Positions 25,505-39,103 of a stretch of 64,000 nucleotides of DNA are shown here, piece by piece. The stretch is from Octopus sinensis. Its lineage: Eukaryota. The stretch is from NCBI RefSeq assembly GCF_006345805.1, contig NC_043024.1, forward strand, positions 6,386,001 to 6,450,000. The letters run 5' to 3'. Position numbers and translations under genes: made by a program. The notes under the pieces are model-generated. The model did no database searches and was not told where the DNA came from. It saw nothing but the letters and a program-made list of their open reading frames with translations. Position 1 is the stretch's first letter. Each line of letters opens with the position of its first letter.

Positions 25505-27299
25505 TTAACCCTTTTCATATCAGCCTACCTTAACCCTATAGTATTTAAACAAGCCAATATCCAGCCCCAATATTCTCCCTGTTTTTATGTTCAAACCACC
25601 CAGATCTGGCCTCTCACACCTACCTTACAATGCCTCATTCTAAAAATTAAACAATCTCATCACTGAAATCTCAAAGCTATGAGATAATGCAGGATTAATT
25701 GAAAACGATGTGAATAAATAAGGATTACATTTGACAGAGTAATCTGAATGCCAAAGGGTCATTAATCCACCCCTTGGTTCCATGATGCAATTTTCAGAAA
25801 ACTTCCACCAAAATTTCATTTTAATTTATGTTCCAAATGCAAGTTTAGTAATGACAAAATTATTTCCTAAATTAACAGAAACACAAGTGGTGAATATCAA
25901 CAGAAATTTGGTAACAAAAGGGTTAACCCGGCCCCTGGTTCTGTGATACAAATGTCCTGTTTTAAAAACCTTCCATCAAAATTTCTTGTTAATTTATGTT
26001 TCAAATGCCAGTTTAATAATGACTAAGTTATTTCATTAAATTCTTCGTTATTTTCAAAATGAATTGTAACAGAAGCAGCGTATTTCAACAGAAATATGGT
26101 AACATAAAGGGTTGACCCTTCTGACACCAAATCTCTTGAAATTGCCCCTGATTCTGACTCTTTTACTTGTTTCAGTCATTTGACTGTGGCCATGCTGGAG
26201 CACCACCTTTAGTCGAGCAAATCGACCCCAGGACATATTCTTTGTAAGCCTAGTACTTATTCTATCAGTCTCTTTTGCTGAACCGCTAAGTTATGGGGAC
26301 GTAAACACACCAGCATCGTTTGTCAAGCAATGTTGGGAGGACAAACACAGACACACAAACATATATATATATATATATATATACAACGGGATTCTTTTCA
26401 GTTTCCGTCTACCAAATCCACTCACAAGGCTTTGGTCGGCCTGAGGCTATAGTAGAAGACACTTGCCCAAGGTGCCACGCAGTGGGACTGAACCCGGAAC
26501 CATATGGTTGGTAAGCAAGCTACTTACCACACTGCCACTCTTGCATCTCAAATTAATGAAGAGTGATTTAAATTATTAACCTTCCATGAAAATTTCATGT
26601 TAATTCATGTTCCAGCCACCAGCTGAAGCACAATCTTTCATTACTTTTAAAATTAATTGAAACAAAGGCAGCAGTGTACTTCGACAGGAATACAGTAAAC
26701 CGTTTTGGTACCAACCCACCTGAGACTATCCCTGGTTCTATGACAACAAACTTCCTGTTTTTGCGTGGTCTAAATTTAAACTTTCTGTCAAAATCTCGTA
26801 TTAATTTATTTTCCAAATGTCAGCTTAATTTAAACAAAGATATTTTACTAAATTGCTCGTTATTTTCAAAATTAATTGAAACCACAGTAATGCATTTCAG
26901 GAGAAATATTGGCTTCAAATTTTGGTACAAGTTCTGGGGAGGAAATAAGTTGATTACATTGACCTCAGTGTTTCACTGGTACTTAATTGACCCCAAAAGG
27001 ATGAAAGGCAAAGTGGACCTCAGCAGAATTTGAACTCAGAACATAAGGATGAATGAAATGCCACTAAGCATTTTGCCAAGCATACTTTTTACTCTTTTAT
27101 TTGTTTCAGTCATTTGAGTGCGGCTATGCTGGAGCATTGCCTTTAGTCAAGCAAATCGATCCCAGGACTTATTCGTTGTAAGCCTAGTACTTATTCTATC
27201 AGTCTTTTTTGCTGAACCACTAAGTTACGGGGACATAAACACACCAGCATCAGTTGTCAAGCGATGTCGGTGGGGACAAACACAAACACTCAAACATAC

Positions 27300-27330
<31 letters not shown>

Positions 27331-27960
27331 CATATATACGATGGGCTTCTTTCAGTTTCCATCTACCAAATCCACTTACAAGGCTTTGGCCGGCCCAAGG
27401 CTATAGTAGAAGACACATGCCCAAGATGCCACACAGTGGAACTGAACCCAGAACCATGTGGTTCGTAAGCAAGCTGCTTACCACACAGCCACTCCTAATA
27501 ATAATAATAATGATGGTTTCAAAACTTGGCACCAGGCCAGCAAGTTTGAGTGAGGAGTTAAGCCAATTACATCGACCCCAGAGTTCAACTGATACATATT
27601 TTATCAACCTTGAAAGGATGAAGGGCAAAGCTGACCTCAGTAGAATTTGAACTCAGAACACAAAGACAGACAAATTTTGCCAGGCAGGCCAATGAGTCTG
27701 CCAGCTTACCACCTTATTTCAATACAAATATGGTAGCAAAAATGGATTAACCCTACTAATACGAACCTACTTGATATCACCCACATCTCCTTACCCTTGT
27801 TCAATGACACAAATACCTTGTTCTAATCCAAATTCCATCAAAATTTCTTAATTCATGTTCCAAGCACCAGCTTAATAAGAACAATTCTTTGTTATCTTTA
27901 AAATTAATTGAAACAAAGACAGCGTACTTTCACAGAAATATCGTTGCAAAAGGAATATCA
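25505..27960. mobile_element. Cluster of TTAA-CCC piggyBac-type MITE fragments interleaved with SINEs
   Basis: Repeated TTAACCC/AAGGGTTAA ends (25506, 25921, 26110, 26577, 27748) and a shared aaaattaattgaaac...aacagaaatatggtaac body. Confidence 0.7.
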
Positions 27961-28679
27961 AAGAAATTGGTTCAAAATTCTGAGAGCATCATTAAATATA
28001 CCAGGTAATAGTTCTATCTGACAAGTTTATGTTCATATCTGTGAAAGTGGCCCCAGACTAAATCCCTGCTTGCTGCTATCAGGGCAGAGATGGTTGTCTG
28101 TAAATGCAAGTCTCATTAGTCAGAGTGGCTGTTCCAGCACATCTCCCTCGCTATCCTGAAGGGCAACGCTTTTTCCATTTTGTCTGCTGGGACCACGAGA
28201 CACTCAAACTCACAGGAAATTCTATGTTCCACTCCTTAATGTAAAATTACTCCATATATATATGTGTATGTATGTGTTGTGTGTGTGTATGTGTGTGCAT
28301 GTATGGCTTTTGTGCTGGTGGCATGGTTGATGCCAGTGCCGCCTGACTGCCCCACCTCCTGTGCCAGTGGCAAATAAAAAACACCCACTACACTCTCGGA
28401 GTGGTCGACGTTAGGAAGGGCATCAAGCTGTAGAAACACTACCAGATCAGATCGGAGCCTTGTGCAGCCTCCTGACTTGCCAGTCCGCAGTCAAACTGTC
28501 CAACCCATGCCAGCATGGAAAGTGGACGTTAACCGATGATGATGATGATAGATATAAGCATAGCTGTGTGGTTACTTCCCAACCACATGGTTCCAAGTTC
28601 AGTCCCACTGTGTGGCACCTTGGGCAAATGTCTTCTACTGTAGCCTCGGAAACTGAAAGAAGCCTGTTGTATATATGTG

Positions 28680-28718
<39 letters not shown>

Positions 28719-29412
28719 AAGTGTATGTGTCTATGTTTGTGTGTCTGTGTTTGTCCCCTCAACATTGCTTGACAACCGATGCTGGTGTGTTACATCCTGT
28801 AACTTAGTGGTTCGGCAAAAGAGACCAATAGAATAAGTACTAGGCTTACAAAGAATAAGTCCTGGGGTCGATTTGCTTGACTTAAAGGTGGCCCTCCAGC
28901 ATGGCCACAGTCAAATGACTGAAACAAGTAAAATAGTAAAAGAGTAAAGAGAGTATGTGTGTGTGTGTGTGCCTTTGTGTTTGTCCCTTGACAATTGGTG
29001 TTGGTGTGCTTATGATCCTGTGACTTAGCAGTTTGACAAAGAGATTAACAGAGTAAGTACCAGGCTTAATTAAAAAAAAGTACTGGGGTTGATTAGGCAG
29101 TGTTCCAGCATGACCACAGTATAACGACTGAAACAAGTAAAAGATAAAAGATATACGTGTGTGTGTGTGTGTGTATGAGTATGTATCTATTTAACTACTG
29201 TTCTGCTGTGGTAGCTGTTCCTGCTACCAATACCAACCGTTCTACTAATAATGACAGGCAACTGAAGAATGCCAAAGTACAGAATGGTCAAAACACCTGA
29301 GGAGGCTATAAAAACCAAAATAAGGAAACCAACAGGAATATATCAACGTTTAATAAAAACAAATACAACAAACAAAAACTAGAAGAATCATCTCTCACAA
29401 CACTTTAAACAT

Positions 29413-29805
29413 TTAACGATCCAGAAACGCTCTCATAGCTTGGATTGGATCTCTACAGGGTCCATTGACAGCTGGGGTAGTACTATTAGGAGGGTCTCGG
29501 TTATTGTCCAAGAAAGTCCTCAAATGGAGAAGGGGTTCTTCGAATCTGCGCAAGTCAGTTTCCAATGGTAGAGGTTCGTGGTATTCAGCATTTACCTCTC
29601 CCAGAATCCGTTCCACAGACTTTTTTGTCTCAGCAATTTCTTCATCATATGGCAGCATGCAAGAAAGGAACTCCATGTTTTCCAAAGAGTCATCGTCTTC
29701 GTGGTCGTCATTGAAGCTGCTCTGCGATGCCTTGCGCAAAGTGACACCACTGCTGTGATGTTCGGTGCCGCCAATGCCTTGCTTGTCCAGACCACATTTC
29801 TTCAT
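29413..29805 (-). CDS. Uncharacterised 130-aa acidic protein, ORF contained in a terminal exon
   Basis: Non-repetitive, protein-like ORF in GTCATG context. Acceptor ttccag ends at 29854, 48 nt upstream of the ATG; ATTAAA (29354-29349) is followed by a U/GU-rich tract. No family recognised. Confidence 0.7.
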   Translation of the reverse strand: MKKCGLDKQGIGGTEHHSSGVTLRKASQSSFNDDHEDDDSLENMEFLSCMLPYDEEIAETKKSVERILGEVNAEYHEPLPLETDLRRFEEPLLHLRTFLDNNRDPPNSTTPAVNGPCRDPIQAMRAFLDR

Positions 29806-31084
29806 GACTTGCTGATAGCGCAGCCAATGTCTTCTTTACCAAACAACAATTATCTGGAATTATAATTAGAAACAGAAAATTAGTGAAAGAGGAAAAGGGG
29901 AGAGGGTATAATAAACAAGTAAACAATAAAAATAAAAACAAATAAAAAAAATAGGGACTGCTGTGTGGTCAAAGAGCTTTCTTCCCAACTATATGGTCTT
30001 GGGTTCAGTCCCACTGAATGGCACCTTGGGCAAGTGTCTTCTATTATAGCCCTGAGGCAACCAAAAACTTGTGAGTGGATTTGGTAGATGGAAACTGTGT
30101 GGAAGCCCATTGTATATCTTTTTTTTTCTTGTTTCAGTCATTAAACTGTGGCCATGCTGGGGCACCAGCTTGAGGAATTTTTTGTCAAACTTAGCAATCC
30201 CAGCACTTATTTTTCTTTTAAAGCCTGGTACTTATTCTATCAGTCTCTTTTGCCAAACTGCTAAGTTATGGGGGATTAAAACAGTGGTGGGAGACAAGCA
30301 CAGACACAGAAACACACACAAATATATTGTTTTGTTCTTTTACTTGTTTCAATCATTTGATGGTGGTCATGCTGGGGCACCACCTTGAAGGGTTTTAGTG
30401 GAACAAATCAACTGCAAGAGTTATTTTTTTAAGCCTGGTACTTATTTTATCAGGCTCTTTTGCTGAACTGCCAAGTCATGAGGAATGTAAACACACCAAT
30501 ACTGATTGTCAAACGGTGGTGAGGGTGGGAACAAATACAGACAGACAGACAGACACACATACATGTGTATATATATCATCATCATCATCATCATCACCAT
30601 CATTTAACATCCGCCTTCCATACTGGCAAGGATATATATAGACATACACATTTGTGTGTGTGTGTCTTTATGTTTGTCCCTACCCTCATCACCATTTGAC
30701 AACCAGTCATATATACATATATATGGCGAGCTGGCAGAAACGTTAGCACACCAGGCGAAATGCATAGCCGTATTTCGTCTGGCGTTTTATGTTCTGAGTT
30801 CAAATGCCCCCTCCCCATCCACACACACACTGCTAGTTTGTTTACATCCCCCATAACTTAGTGGTTCGCTTGAGAGTTCAATAGAATAGGTATCAGACAC
30901 GAAAAATAAATAAGTACTGGGATCGAATTGTTTGACTAAACACTTCGAGGTGGTGCCCCAGTATGGCCACCAGTCCAATGGCTGAAACAAGAGAAAAGAA
31001 AAGGAAAACTGAACAGAAATATTTTTGTAAAACAGTTTTTAACTAACATGTGGCTCCCCTGGTGGACACGGTTATTACAATATT

Positions 31085-31745
31085 ACAAGGGAGGTAACAC
31101 TGTGTAACACGGTTTTTACCCTTGGGTAGCAACTGTTATTTCCTATTTGCTTATTCCTAGGAAGTATGGAAAATGTCTAATGCTTCCTTCAAGCTATGCT
31201 TTTGTTATGATATTTATTCAAACCCCAAAGAATCCCTCTCAACACATGACTATGATGTTCCTCCACAACTCCTGCTCATCATAAGAGATGCACACATTGT
31301 CAGCCACTAAAAAACATGCTCACGTGGTTAAGATCAAGCAAATCTGTGGTATTGAGCAGAATATTTGCTATAACGATATTTCTGCTTCAGCAACTTGGCA
31401 CTGAATCTGTGTGAAATGTAATGGAAAATAGGTCAGCTTCCAAACATCATCATGTCCAGGTCAGAAAAGCAAAGTTTAAAGGAACCAGTAGTGATTTCCT
31501 TTGATTTCTAGATAGAAGCAAATAGGACATAACTCTTACTGACCAAAGACAACAAGCAAATCTGTGGTATTGAGCAGAATATTTGCTATAATGATATTTC
31601 TGCTTCAGTAACTCAGCACTGAATCTGTGTGAAATGTAATGGAAAAAATAGGTAAATTTGAAAATGTTGATATCCAGGTCAGAAAAGTAAAATTTGATTT
31701 CCGGATAGGAGCAAATAGGAAATAACAGTTATTGACCAAAGACAA
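31085..31745 (+). repeat. Unclassified interspersed repeat with internal ~225-bp duplication; second copy at 46068-46530
   Basis: AAGCAAATCTGTGGTATTGAGCAGAATATTTGCT at 31335, 31554 and 46306. Confidence 0.7.
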
Positions 31746-32492
31746 AAAAGAAAAAAATAGAAGTCTTATAACACAATTATTTCATTTCATCCTAATAGTT
31801 GGCAGGATCCATCGTCATCACCATTTAAGGTCCACATTGTCCATGCTTGCATGGGTCAAACAAGGTTTATTTAGGCAGCTTTGCAACAGCCAGGTGCCTT
31901 CCCTGCTGCCAACCCTCACTTGTCTCCAAAGCAAGGTAACAATTTCCTAAAACCAGACATTTTTTTCATGAAAGACTAGAAACACCTCTTGTATGATGGT
32001 GATGCTCATTTACAACCATAACGTGATGCCAAGACAAGAAGACACACAGACATACAACACACAAAATACATACAAACACACACACAACACACACGTTTTA
32101 TACAATGAGCTTTAATCAGTTTCCTTTTACTAAATCCACACACAAGACTTTGGGCAGCCCAGGACCATAAAAAAGACACTTGTCTAAGGTGCCATGCAAT
32201 GGGACTGAACCCAAAACCACATGGTTAGGGAAGTGAATTATAATCCAAGGCAAAGCATCTCTGAATAAAGAACTAAATGGATGGTCATGACTGGAGCAAC
32301 AACTTTTGCTCAAAGGTCCATTACAGGGTTAAACAACAACAAGAGCAACAACTGTTGAAGTTTTATAGTAGTTGGCAGAGCTAGCTGTCTCTCCCGGGGG
32401 TTTATTTACCACTTCTCACAGCTCGTTAATCTCATAAATAATTAAACTGAAAGCCAACTAATTTTTGTTCATATTGCATGTGTGTGTATATA

Positions 32493-32544
<52 letters not shown>

Positions 32545-32560
32545 TAAATATAAATATATT

Positions 32561-32596
<36 letters not shown>

Positions 32597-32678
32597 CACA
32601 CACACTATATATCTGTCCAGCTCATGCCAGCATGGAAAACAGACATTAAATGATGATGATAATGATGATGATATATTT

Positions 32679-32712
<34 letters not shown>

Positions 32713-33444
32713 TATATACACATATACACAAACACATGCACATATGTGTGTGTGTGTATATATATATATATACACACACACACACATATATATTTATATG
32801 TGTGTGTATTTCCAGTTGTGAGATATAATTTATTTGACATTCCAATTGGCAATGAAAATACCTGCTCCATCACCACCACCACCACCACCACCACCACCAA
32901 TACCACTACCATAACTACTACTACTACTATTTCTATTGCCACCTCTCATTGACAATGGTAGGGTGGTGGTGTGTGCGATAGTACTGTTACACCATTATTA
33001 CTATCACCACCACCACCATAACCAAGTCAACAACATCATCTATGTGGTTACTCAACCTACTAGAAATAGAAGCCAGTTGACCTCAGATCACATCCTAAGA
33101 AGGTACATTAGATAATGTGGTCTTAGCTCTACACAGACAGTATAGTCATATCTGGAATACCTTTGATCATAGACCTCCTTCATCAGGCTTGACCTGGGGC
33201 TGAACAACAACAACAACAGCCATCACCAACGAACGAGGGACATTTTATGTGGTCAGTCAATGTGTTAGAAATAGTAGCTAAGTCTTGTTCATATCACATA
33301 CTGCCCTGTCTTAAAATAGATATCAGAATAAATATATGGTCTTGTGTTGGTTTGACATAGGAATAAGACAGGATGGTCACAGCTGGAAGGCCTTTGACAT
33401 ATGGGTGTTTAATCAGAGCGTGTCTTGGGTTAATCAACAAAGAC

Positions 33445-33895
33445 CACTACCACCACCACCATCAACAACCATTGCCATCTATACCACCACCATCAACATT
33501 ACTGCCAACCACCACCACCACCATCATCATCAACAGTAGCACAACCACAACCATCACCATCGCTAACACCACCTGCACCACAACCAACACTACCACCATC
33601 ACCAACACCAACATTACCAGCAGCACCACCACCACCATCACACTTACCAACAGGTCCATCATCACAACCACCACAACCACAACCATCACCATAGTTACCA
33701 ATAGGATCATTATCACTAGAACCACCATCACCACCCTCACCACTATCCCACCACCACATCCACCACCAGCACCACCACGACCATCACCCCCTCCTCACCA
33801 TCCACTACCACCATCCATTACCACCAGCACAATTACCAGTAGGACCCTCATCCCTACTACCACCACCACCACCTACACAACCACCACCACCTATT
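33445..33895. repeat. Degenerate (ACC)n low-complexity tract
   Basis: Imperfect CAC/ACC trinucleotide run producing spurious Thr/Pro/Val ORFs. Confidence 0.9.
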
Positions 33896-33947
33896 CCAAC
33901 ACTGGTAACCTTGGAAATCAAATAAATAAATAAATACACAAAAAAAC

Positions 33948-34170
33948 CTGAAATCTCTGAAAAATGCCATGGAGTATCAGCGTCAGTCTGTGATGGGAAA
34001 AGCTGTTGAAGGAAAGTCAGGTGGTTGGAACTGGTTCACATTTCTTAAATACCTTTCTCAAGAATTCAAAGTGTCCAACAGAATTTACATAGCAGAGCTA
34101 GGTTTCTTGGGGTTAGAGGAAGAGGAGGAGGAGAAGGAGCAGGAGGAGGGGGAGGAGAGTAACAACAGCA
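33948..34170 (-). other. Possible internal or alternative 5'UTR exon of the minus-strand gene
   Basis: Island of unique sequence ending in CAG|gtttt (weak donor at 33947). The 5' boundary is uncertain; candidate acceptors lie near 33988 and 34003. Confidence 0.3.
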
Positions 34171-34283
34171 GGTTGCAGACTTTTCTTTCTTTCTTTCTTT
34201 AAATTTTTCTGGTTGATTTTTGTGGTTAAAAATCTAATTTAAACCAGATATTAAAAAAAATAGACTTGGAATGAAAAATCACT

Positions 34284-34493
34284 TACTCTTTACTCTTTTA
34301 CTTGTTTCAGTCATTTGACTGTGGCCATGCTGGAGCACCGCCTTTAGTCGAGCAAATAGACCCCAGGACTTATTCTTTGTAAGCCTAGTACTTATTCTAT
34401 CGGGCTCTTTTGCCGAACTGCTAAGTTACGGGGACGTAAACACACCAACATCGGTTGTCAAACGATGTTGGGAGGACAAACACAGACACACAA

Positions 34494-34542
<49 letters not shown>

Positions 34543-34709
34543 TACGACGGGCTTCTTTCAGTTTCTGTCTACCAAATCCACTCACAAGGCTTTGGTTGGC
34601 CCGAGGCTATAGTAGAAGACACTTGCCCAAGGTGCCACACAGTGGGACTGAACCCGGAACCATGTGGTTGGTAAGCAAGCTACTTACCACACAGCCACTC
34701 CTGCGCCTA
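34284..34709 (-). mobile_element. tRNA-derived SINE family A (representative full copy)
   Basis: Minus-strand head AGGCGCAGGAGTGGCTGTGTGGTAAG...GGTTCAGTCCC (A/B boxes) with internal CA/TA microsatellite. Other copies at ~6010, 6988, 11979, 14751, 26155, 27085, 46746, 48394, 52060, 62350, 63803 (-) and 19263, 25345, 28560, 29957, 37870, 44650 (+). Confidence 0.9.
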
Positions 34710-34893
34710 TTGAAGCAAAAAAATTTATATTATCATTATTATTATTATGCTCAAATTCTGCCAGAGTTGACTTTACCTTTCATCCTTTCAGTGTTGATAA
34801 AATAAGTACCAGTTTCATACTGGGGTTGATGTAATTAACTATCCCCCTCCCCTAAAATTTCAGGCCTTGTGCCTTCAGTAGAAAGAATTATTA

Positions 34894-34936
<43 letters not shown>

Positions 34937-35143
34937 CATCAAGGTGTCAAGCTGGCAGAATCGGTAACACACTGGGCTTGCAGTATTTCGTCCGTCTTCA
35001 TGTTCTGAGTTCACATTCCGCCAAGACTTTGCCTTTCATGCTTTTGGAGTCAATAAATTAAGTACCAGTTGAGTATTGGGGTCGATGTAATCAACTCATC
35101 CCCTCCCCAAAAATATCAGGCCTTGTGGCAAAATTTGAAACCA

Positions 35144-35400
35144 TTATTACCTCCGCCTTGACGAAGACAGAGGTATTGTTTTCAGTGGTGTTTGTGTGTT
35201 TTTCTGTGGAGAAGATATCTCGAGAACCATTGAATGGATTCAGATGAAACTTCCAGGGATGTTTGGCCCCATGACTGAGACAAACTGATTAGATCTTGGG
35301 ACCAATCCAGCACCGGACAAAGATTCTGGATCATTTTTCCGTTCTTTTTCACTTAATCTTTGAGAGAAGTCGGGTCCATTGTTAGTATTGTCGAGTTTAT
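35144..35400 (+). mobile_element. Helentron-associated non-autonomous element (HINE/DINE-like) 5' end
   Basis: TTATTACCTCCGCC...GAGGTATTGTTTT subterminal hairpin followed by a GTTTGTGTGT tract. Confidence 0.55.
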
Positions 35401-36513
35401 TTCAATTATTCGAAAGCTAAAAAAACGATGCAAAGTGCATTGTGATCAGCAATGTATAACATCTTACAGTCTGGTTGATGCCATGAATATTATTATTAAT
35501 AATACAGGTAATAATAATATTGATATCTTTTAATTTTTACTTGTTTCAGTCATTAGACTGCGGCCATGCTGGGGCACCACTTTAATATCATTAATATTAT
35601 AACATTAACACTAGCAATATTGATATTATTAATATTACTATTGTCAATATGGAAGCAAGCTGACAGAATCATTACTATGCCAGGCAAAATGATGAGCGGC
35701 ATTTCATCCATCTGTTCTGAGTTCAAATTCTGCCGAGGTTGACTTTGCCTTTCATCCTTTCAGGGTCAATAAAATAAGTACCAGTTGAATACTGGGGTTG
35801 ATGTAATCAACTTACACCACCTCCCCTGAAATTGCTGGCCTTGTGCCAAAATTTAAAACAGATATTATTATTATTATTATCAATATTATAATTCACAATA
35901 TGTTACATTGGCACAAAGCCACTAATTGCAAAAATTTGTAGAGTTAACCCCAGAAAAACATTTAGTCTGGCGCTCCACCAATTAATTACCTTCCTGAAGA
36001 TGCAAGTTGTTGTTGTTGTTGTATAGCACTAGGGTATGCATACATTACATGCACATGTAGACATAATCATCATCATCATCATCACCCTTTAAATGTCCCT
36101 TTTTCCATGCTTGCATATAAGCATATATAAGCATTCATAGAAGCAGATTTTATTCAGCTGGATGCTTTTCCTGTCACCAAGCCTCACCTGTTTCCCAATG
36201 TCTGGATATTTTTTGAAAGGATGCTGAAAGTAAAGAACACAGCTTGCAGGATAGTGACACTCATTCACAAGTATCACACAATGACAAGACAAGGGGACAC
36301 ATCTCCGTCACTCACAAACCCACCTATACTCCTCCTACATGTACGAATATACGATTAGCCCTCATCTGAGTTGGCTTTTGAGTGCACTCAAATGACTTTG
36401 TTTGGCAGGGGACATAGTAGAAGACACCTGCGCAAGGTACCAAACAGCAGAACTAAATCTAAAACGTCTGTGCTTGGAAAGCGAATTTCACCACATACCC
36501 ATGCATGTACGTA

Positions 36514-36549
<36 letters not shown>

Positions 36550-36553
<4 letters not shown>

Positions 36554-37278
36554 TAAAACCTCACTTTACAAGGACCCGCTTCACAAGTTTTATTTTTCAA
36601 GCACAAGATCCAAATTTTTGAATGAAGTGCAAAAGTTTCTACTACTATCGCAAATGATGGTATGCACGAGTCTAGTGTGAGTGAAAGTGATTCAGAAAAC
36701 GATTATAATAATAGTAATAATATTTTTTTATCATAAATGATCTTGACATTCCTTTTATTTATTTTATTTATGCGCCCTTTTCAAGCTTATCCAGGCTCAT
36801 GGGCCCGGTTTCTGTGGCATATGTGTTCCCCCCAGCTGGATGGGACACCAGTCCATAACAGCGTTACTCAAGAAACAGGAAGAAAGAGTGAGAGAAAGAG
36901 TACAACAGGGGTCGCCACCACCCCCTGCCGGAGCCTCGTAGAGCTTTAGGTGTTTTCACTCAATAAACATGCATAACGTCCAGTCTGGGAATTGAAACTG
37001 CGATCCTCTGACTGCGAGTCTGCTGCCCTAACCACTGGGCCATTGCACCTCCACTGACATTCCTTTTACTTTACATAAAATATCCTTTACATTCTACTGT
37101 TATTTTATTGCTATTTACTTACAAGTATTATAAATTTTATAGGTAAAATATTTTCTTTGAAATGAATTACAATTTATAACATTACTACTATGTGTAACTA
37201 TTGCTCTGCTCTATGAGTTTTCATTTTATGAGCAGTCTCTGGGAACAAATTAACTCTTATATCAAAGCATTAATGTAT
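36550..37278. mobile_element. Tigger/pogo-like MITE interrupted by a SINE (36760-37054)
   Basis: CAGTAAAACCTC..TT.ACAAG terminus; TGACATTCCTTTTA duplicated around the inserted SINE. Confidence 0.5.
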
Positions 37279-38049
37279 ATCTATCTATCTATCTATCTAT
37301 CATCATTGTTTAACATCCGCTTTCTATGCTGGCATGGGTTGGATGTTTTGACTGAGGACTGGTGAGCCAGAGGCTGCACTAGGCTCAATCTGATCTGGCA
37401 GTTTCTACAACTGGATGCCCTTCCTAATGCCAACCACTCCAAAAGTGTAGTGGGTGCTTTTACATGACACTGACATGAGGGCCAATCAGACGGTTCTGGC
37501 AACAACCATGCTTGAAAGGTGTTTTTTTATGTGCTACCTGCATGGGAGCCAGTTTGGTGGCACTGGCAATGACCACATTCGAATGGTGCTTTTCACATGC
37601 CAGTGGCACGGAAGCCAATCCATGGCCCTTGCAACAAACATGCTTGGATGTGCTTTTAACGTTCCACTGGCACGAGTACCAATCAGGCAGTACTGTCATC
37701 AGCCATATGTTTTTGAAAGGTTGTATTCATCCTTTAATTGGAGTAATTTCTGAAGGATTTCGAACGTCGTTTCTTCATACTTTACTTTGAATTAGAATAG
37801 ATACGAAAATTTATATAAGTGTATTAAGTATATGATTTAACTTATTAAACAAAGTTTAACAAATCCTAGGCATAGGAGTGGCTGTGTGGTGAGTAGCTTC
37901 CTTACAAACCACATGGTTCCGGGTTCAGTCCCAATGCGTGGCATCTTGGGCAAGTGTCTTCTACTATAACCTCGGGCCGACCAAAGTCTTGTGAGTGGAT
38001 TTGGTAGGCGGAAACTAAAAGAAGCCTGTCGTATATATGTGTGTATATA

Positions 38050-38825
38050 TGTTGGACCTAAGAAGCATCAGTTGTGGTGTGCAAGAGAGACGTTTGCGCT
38101 GGTATGGTCATGTAGCGAGAATGGATGAAGATAGTTGTGTGAAAATGTGCCACATCCTAGCGGTTGAGGGAACCTGTGGAAGAGGTAGACCCAGGAAAAC
38201 CTGAGACGAAGTGGTGAAGCACGACCTTCGAACTTTAGGTCTCACTGAGGAAATGACTAGAGACCGAGACCTCTGGAAGTATGCTGTGCGTAAGAAGACC
38301 CGGCAGGATTAGTGAGACCATAACCCGTGGCCTCTACCTGGGATGTAGCCAGTCCACTTATGCATACCTTTCTTTCTTGTGACACAAACCCTAATTGTGA
38401 AGACCTGTTGAGGCAAGTGAAAATCGAAATCGATCAACATCAATGGAAATTGTAGCTGTGATACCAGTGCCGGTGGCACATAAGAGAACCGTCCGAACGT
38501 GGCCGTTGCCAGCGCCGTGCCGGTGGCACATAAAAAGCACCATCCGATTGTGGCTGATGCCAGCCTTGTCCGGCCCCCGTGCCGGTGGCACGTAAAAAGC
38601 ACCATCCGATCATGGCCGTTTGCCAGCCTCGTCTGGCACCTGTGCAGGTGGCACGTAAAAAGCACCCACTATACTCACGGAGTGGTTGGTGTTAGGAAGG
38701 GCATCCAGCTGTAGAAACATTGCCAGATCAGACTGGGCCTGGCGAAGCCTACTGGCTCCCCAGACCCCAGTTGAACCGTCCAACCCATGCTAGCATGGAA
38801 AACGAATGTTAAACGATGATGATGT
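38050..38825 (+). mobile_element. RTE-clade LINE 3' end
   Basis: RRLRWYGHVARM...GRGRPRKT.DEVVKHDL...RDLWKY, repetitive 3'UTR and (GAT)n tail. Confidence 0.9.
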
Positions 38826-39043
38826 AGGCTAAAATTTTTTTTTTCGAAAAAGATTTTATCAATGGCCAGCATATTAAAAAATACCTTTAAAGGTTAAATT
38901 TATAAACAACTTATAGGGCAAATGAAAGAATTTCTAATGCCAAATATGCTGAAATTAGACACAGTGTCCATAACCATTATAATTTTTCACAATACGCACG
39001 CTACTCAAAAAAAGCCGACAGAAATTTCTAAAACATTCTATTA

Positions 39044-39103
39044 TTACCATATCGGACCGATTTCAGGGTTAGTTCGTAAGAACCCTCCCTTCGTCAGTGA
39101 TAA
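39044..39103 (-). ncRNA. Type I hammerhead ribozyme motif (inverted copy)
   Basis: Minus strand reads TTATCA-CTGACGA-AGGG agg GTTC ttac GAAC taa CCCT-GAAA-TCGGTCCGA-TA-TGGTAA. Confidence 0.87.

Noticed and set aside
29708-29853. Alternative reading frame (NCCLVKKTL...AEQLQ) as the true CDS
   Set aside because: No upstream ATG-bearing exon in the matching phase was found, and the 130-aa frame is more protein-like; not fully excluded.
33373-33933. Mucin-like Thr-rich ORF
   Set aside because: Degenerate (ACC)n low-complexity sequence without splice or start support.
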